From Christensenella sp. UBA1750 (GTDB taxonomy: Bacteria > Bacillota > Clostridia > Christensenellales > UBA1750), in the NCBI GenBank assembly GCA_002315655.1, contig DCHO01000010.1:37002-101001 (forward strand): DNA of 64,000 bases, read 5' to 3'. The notes under the pieces were generated by a model. It did not search any database. It was not told the origin of the DNA and saw nothing but the letters and a program-made list of their open reading frames with translations. Shown piece after piece: positions 61,623 through 64,000 of the stretch. A program made the translations under genes and the position numbers. Position 1 is the first letter of the stretch. Each line of letters opens with the position of its first letter.

Positions 61623-62267
61623 TCACTTGAATATTTTGATCTGCTGCAGCGGCCAAACTCTCAAAATGACCATGCCGACCAGATCGTCCTTTGCGATGCA
61701 GCCCACCGCAGAGGAACGGGAATCAATGGACGATTCTCGGTGATCGCCCACAACAAACCATTTGCCATCGGGTACCTGATAAGGAAATTCGAGGTCACAT
61801 TCGCCAAGGGCTTTCTCGGTCAGGTAATCTTCCTCTAAAAGCTGCCCGTCCACGAAGATATTGCCGTTATCGTCTATGGAAACATATTGACCGGGCTTTG
61901 CGATCACGCGCTTGACCAGCAGCTTGTTGCCGGAATAACAGGCAGCAATGTCGCCTGTGTTCAGGGAGAGGCCTTTGACCGCAACGACGATCTCCCCTTC
62001 GGAAAGCGTGGGGCTCATGGAGGTGCCGTAAATGCGCAGCACCGGCATCCAGAGCATGGAAATGAGCACGGCGATGGCGGCAATAACCACAAGTACGGAA
62101 ACTGTGCCGATGAAGGTTCTGCGCCCGCGCTTGCTCTTTTCGTAGCGCTCTCTTTCCGCTTCCACGGCAGCCTTTGAGACCTTTTCGGGTTTCTTAGGCT
62201 TCGTTTCCACACCCAGATACCGCTCTAACTGCTCCATATCGGGTATATCAATGTTTCTGTTTCGCAT
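61623..62267 (-). CDS. Signal peptidase I (pilus-locus associated)
   Basis: 214 aa. TM anchor. Catalytic Ser box YGTSMSPTL, Lys box LLVKRVIA, and box E GDHRESSIDSR. Confidence 0.85.
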   Translation of the reverse strand: MRNRNIDIPDMEQLERYLGVETKPKKPEKVSKAAVEAERERYEKSKRGRRTFIGTVSVLVVIAAIAVLISMLWMPVLRIYGTSMSPTLSEGEIVVAVKGLSLNTGDIAACYSGNKLLVKRVIAKPGQYVSIDDNGNIFVDGQLLEEDYLTEKALGECDLEFPYQVPDGKWFVVGDHRESSIDSRSSAVGCIAKDDLVGMVILRVWPLQQIKIFK

Positions 62268-62290
62268 CTGATCCTCTTTGGAAAGGAAGG

Positions 62291-62680
62291 TTAGTTCTCA
62301 TGCTCTCCCATGGCTTCGTTGGCTCTGTGATAGAAGTCCTGCCAGGTCTGGGCGATGATCTTGTCGGTGTCCTCCACCTTTTTGCGGCATTCGCGCTCGG
62401 TCTGCTCGATCATGGCCTTGCATCGTCTTTCGGTGGCAGCGTCGGCAGCCTTAATGCGGGCAATGTATTCATCAGCCGTTTTCTGCGCGGCTTCCAGAAT
62501 GCCGCCGACCCGCACCGCTTCTCCGGCAATGGAGCCGGGAACAGTTGGGGTAACACGCTTTGCGGACATCTGCTTTGCCTTTTCCAGCTGTTCTTCCAGT
62601 TCCTTTTCCCGCAATTTGAGCTCATAGATGATCTCGATGAGATCCCGCTTGCTCAACCGCCGAAATTCCTTGTCTGTCAT
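62291..62680 (-). CDS. Small coiled-coil protein, unknown function, first gene of the pilus operon
   Basis: 129 aa. Heptad-rich KLREKELEEQLEKAKQ. RBS GGAGGAGA lies upstream. A consensus promoter lies about 60 nt upstream. Confidence 0.5.
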   Translation of the reverse strand: MTDKEFRRLSKRDLIEIIYELKLREKELEEQLEKAKQMSAKRVTPTVPGSIAGEAVRVGGILEAAQKTADEYIARIKAADAATERRCKAMIEQTERECRKKVEDTDKIIAQTWQDFYHRANEAMGEHEN

Positions 62681-62738
62681 CCGCCTGTCTCCTCCGCTTT
62701 CGGTCTATGTGTATAGACACGGACACTATGCTGTCATA

Positions 62739-62767
62739 ATTATATATACAATCTGGAAATAAGTCAA
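62739..62767 (-). promoter_or_regulatory. Sigma-A promoter of the sortase-pilus operon
   Basis: On the minus strand: TTGACT (62767-62762), 17-nt spacer, TATAAT (62744-62739). Confidence 0.6.
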
Positions 62768-62808
62768 TAACATAACTGAAACATATCTTAAATACGACAA
62801 ATCGAATA

Positions 62809-62850
62809 GAAAAAGCCGGCTTTCTTTCAAAACAGAACAGAAAGTCGGCT
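62809..62850 (-). terminator. Terminator after the P-type ATPase gene
   Basis: On the minus strand: AGCCGACTTTC-(15-nt loop)-GAAAGCCGGCT (10 of 11 bp), followed by TTTTTC. Confidence 0.6.
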
Positions 62851-62865
62851 TGATTGAGCAGGATT

Positions 62866-64000
62866 TTACTTTATTTCAGTCACATCGTAGCCCGCATCCT
62901 CCACGGCTGATACGAGCGTCTTGTCGGGAATGTCCGCACAAAGCGTGCATACAGCGGTCTTGTTTTCAAGGTCAACCATGGCTTGTACGCCTTGTACGCC
63001 CTCCAGCGCCTTCTTCACACGCGCAACACAGTGTTCACACATCATACCTTCCACAATCAGGGTCTTTGTCATTTTGTTTTCTCCTTTCATTTCCCCAACG
63101 GGGATTTGCCGTATATTCTCTTCGTTGCCGAGCTTCAATCGTCTTAATCGCAGGGCGTTTGTCACCACGCACACGGAGGACAGGCTCATGGCCGCCGCGC
63201 CCAGCATGGGACTTAACTTCCATTGAAGCAGCGGATAGAACACCCCCGCGGCAATGGGGATCGCAAGCGTATTGTACCCGAATGCCCAGAACAGGTTTTC
63301 CTTCACATTGCGAATGGTCGCTTTGGAGAGCTTTATGGCTCTCACCACATCATTCAGATCGGACTTCATCAGCACAATATCGGAGGCTTCCATGGCAATG
63401 TCCGAGCCGGTGGCCACCGAAAGACCCACATCCGCCTGGATGAGCGCGGGGGAATCGTTGATGCCGTCGCCCACCATGGCGACCTTCTCCCCTTTGTCGA
63501 ATTGCAGCACCTTGATTTGCCGCGCCTTCTGCCCCGGCGTCAGCTGGGCGATCACTTGGTCAACGCCAACCTTTTTCCCTATGGCCTTTGCGGTTCGTTC
63601 ATTGTCGCCCGTCATCATAACGACCTTTTTCCCCATACGGTGCAGAGTTTCAATGGCCTCCACGCTGGATGCCTTCACCTGATCCGCAAGGGCGATAAGT
63701 CCTATCAGTTCGCCGTTTCTTCCTATATATAAGGGCGTGTTTCCCTGTTCCGCCAAATTCTCTGCTTTTGGTTCAAATTCGTCGGTCGGAATTCCATTCT
63801 CGAGAATGAAGTCCCTGTTTCCGATGAGCAGCGTGTCATTTCCTATCTTTGCCGTAATGCCGCTGCCCACGACGGAGGTAAAATCGTCAGGCTCGGTCAG
63901 GGTGACGCCCTTATCCCGGGCATATTCCACAATCGTCTTGCCCAAGGGGTGCTCGGAGGGCATTTCCGCAGAGGCCGCAAGGCGCAGGAGGGTTCGCTCC
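62866..64000 (-). CDS. copA: Copper/heavy-metal translocating P-type ATPase, C-terminal part with terminal HMA domain (5' end beyond right edge)
   Basis: The frame is open to base 64000 (...LRLAASAEMPSEHPLGK). Motifs: MTGDN, VAMVGDGINDSPAL hinge, and a C-terminal metal-binding domain LIVEGMMCEHCVARVKKALE. Confidence 0.85.
   Translation of the reverse strand, partial: ERTLLRLAASAEMPSEHPLGKTIVEYARDKGVTLTEPDDFTSVVGSGITAKIGNDTLLIGNRDFILENGIPTDEFEPKAENLAEQGNTPLYIGRNGELIGLIALADQVKASSVEAIETLHRMGKKVVMMTGDNERTAKAIGKKVGVDQVIAQLTPGQKARQIKVLQFDKGEKVAMVGDGINDSPALIQADVGLSVATGSDIAMEASDIVLMKSDLNDVVRAIKLSKATIRNVKENLFWAFGYNTLAIPIAAGVFYPLLQWKLSPMLGAAAMSLSSVCVVTNALRLRRLKLGNEENIRQIPVGEMKGENKMTKTLIVEGMMCEHCVARVKKALEGVQGVQAMVDLENKTAVCTLCADIPDKTLVSAVEDAGYDVTEIK

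Noticed and set aside
61591-61656. Longer start for the tip adhesin (MAAAADQNIQ...), and similar upstream starts for the dehydrogenase (19219), the PilX-like gene (35979), the basal pilin (55113) and the GH130-like gene (52741).
   Set aside because: These extensions overlap the preceding gene by tens of nt and lack an RBS. The internal Met codons are preceded by AGGAGG/AAGGAG-type sites and give sensible signal peptides or pilin leaders.

Overview
This 64-kb window looks like a Gram-positive, Clostridia-like chromosome, about 55% GC by eye. The taxon is an inference from AGGAGG-type ribosome-binding sites (RBS), lipoprotein lipoboxes, sortase pili and a split purO/purH pair. About 40 genes are supportable, most on the minus strand.

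Left half (1-34 kb): glycan and housekeeping genes.
- Glycan genes: FAD-oxidoreductase, Gfo/Idh/MocA oxidoreductase, GH38 alpha-mannosidase, GH2 beta-mannosidase-like, DUF2961/GH172-like, ROK kinase, DUF4091, murQ.
- Housekeeping: thiI plus a cysteine desulfurase; a ZTP (pfl) riboswitch controlling IMP cyclohydrolase plus AICAR formyltransferase; tRNA-Arg(CCG) with its own promoter and terminator.
- Others: a TetR gene with a palindromic operator, a frameshifted GH10-like pseudogene, a NERD protein, a cyclase, a TraX protein, an esterase, and an HD protein paired with a divergent SDF-like membrane protein.

Right half: two surface-filament loci on the same strand.
1. A tightly overlapping four-gene operon (34273-51319), bounded by a near-consensus promoter and a terminator. 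Its first gene is one uninterrupted 15.4-kb ORF (5,147 aa). That protein starts with a textbook prepilin (class III) signal, KKG/FTMMETL. It continues with three GLUG beta-helix super-modules, about 25 Listeria-Bacteroides-type repeats and an AT-rich C-terminal domain. Three small pilin-like genes follow it. No prepilin peptidase, assembly ATPase or platform gene is in the window. I read this as a minor-pilin tip-complex cassette in which one pilin has become a mega-adhesin. This is the most unusual thing here.
2. A complete sortase-dependent pilus operon (53496-62767): coiled-coil protein, signal peptidase I, a VWA tip adhesin with an eight-fold Cys/His repeat array, a major pilin, a class C sortase, a Cna-B basal pilin and a second sortase.

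The window ends inside a copper P-type ATPase. All family calls rest on motifs read by eye. No database search was run.
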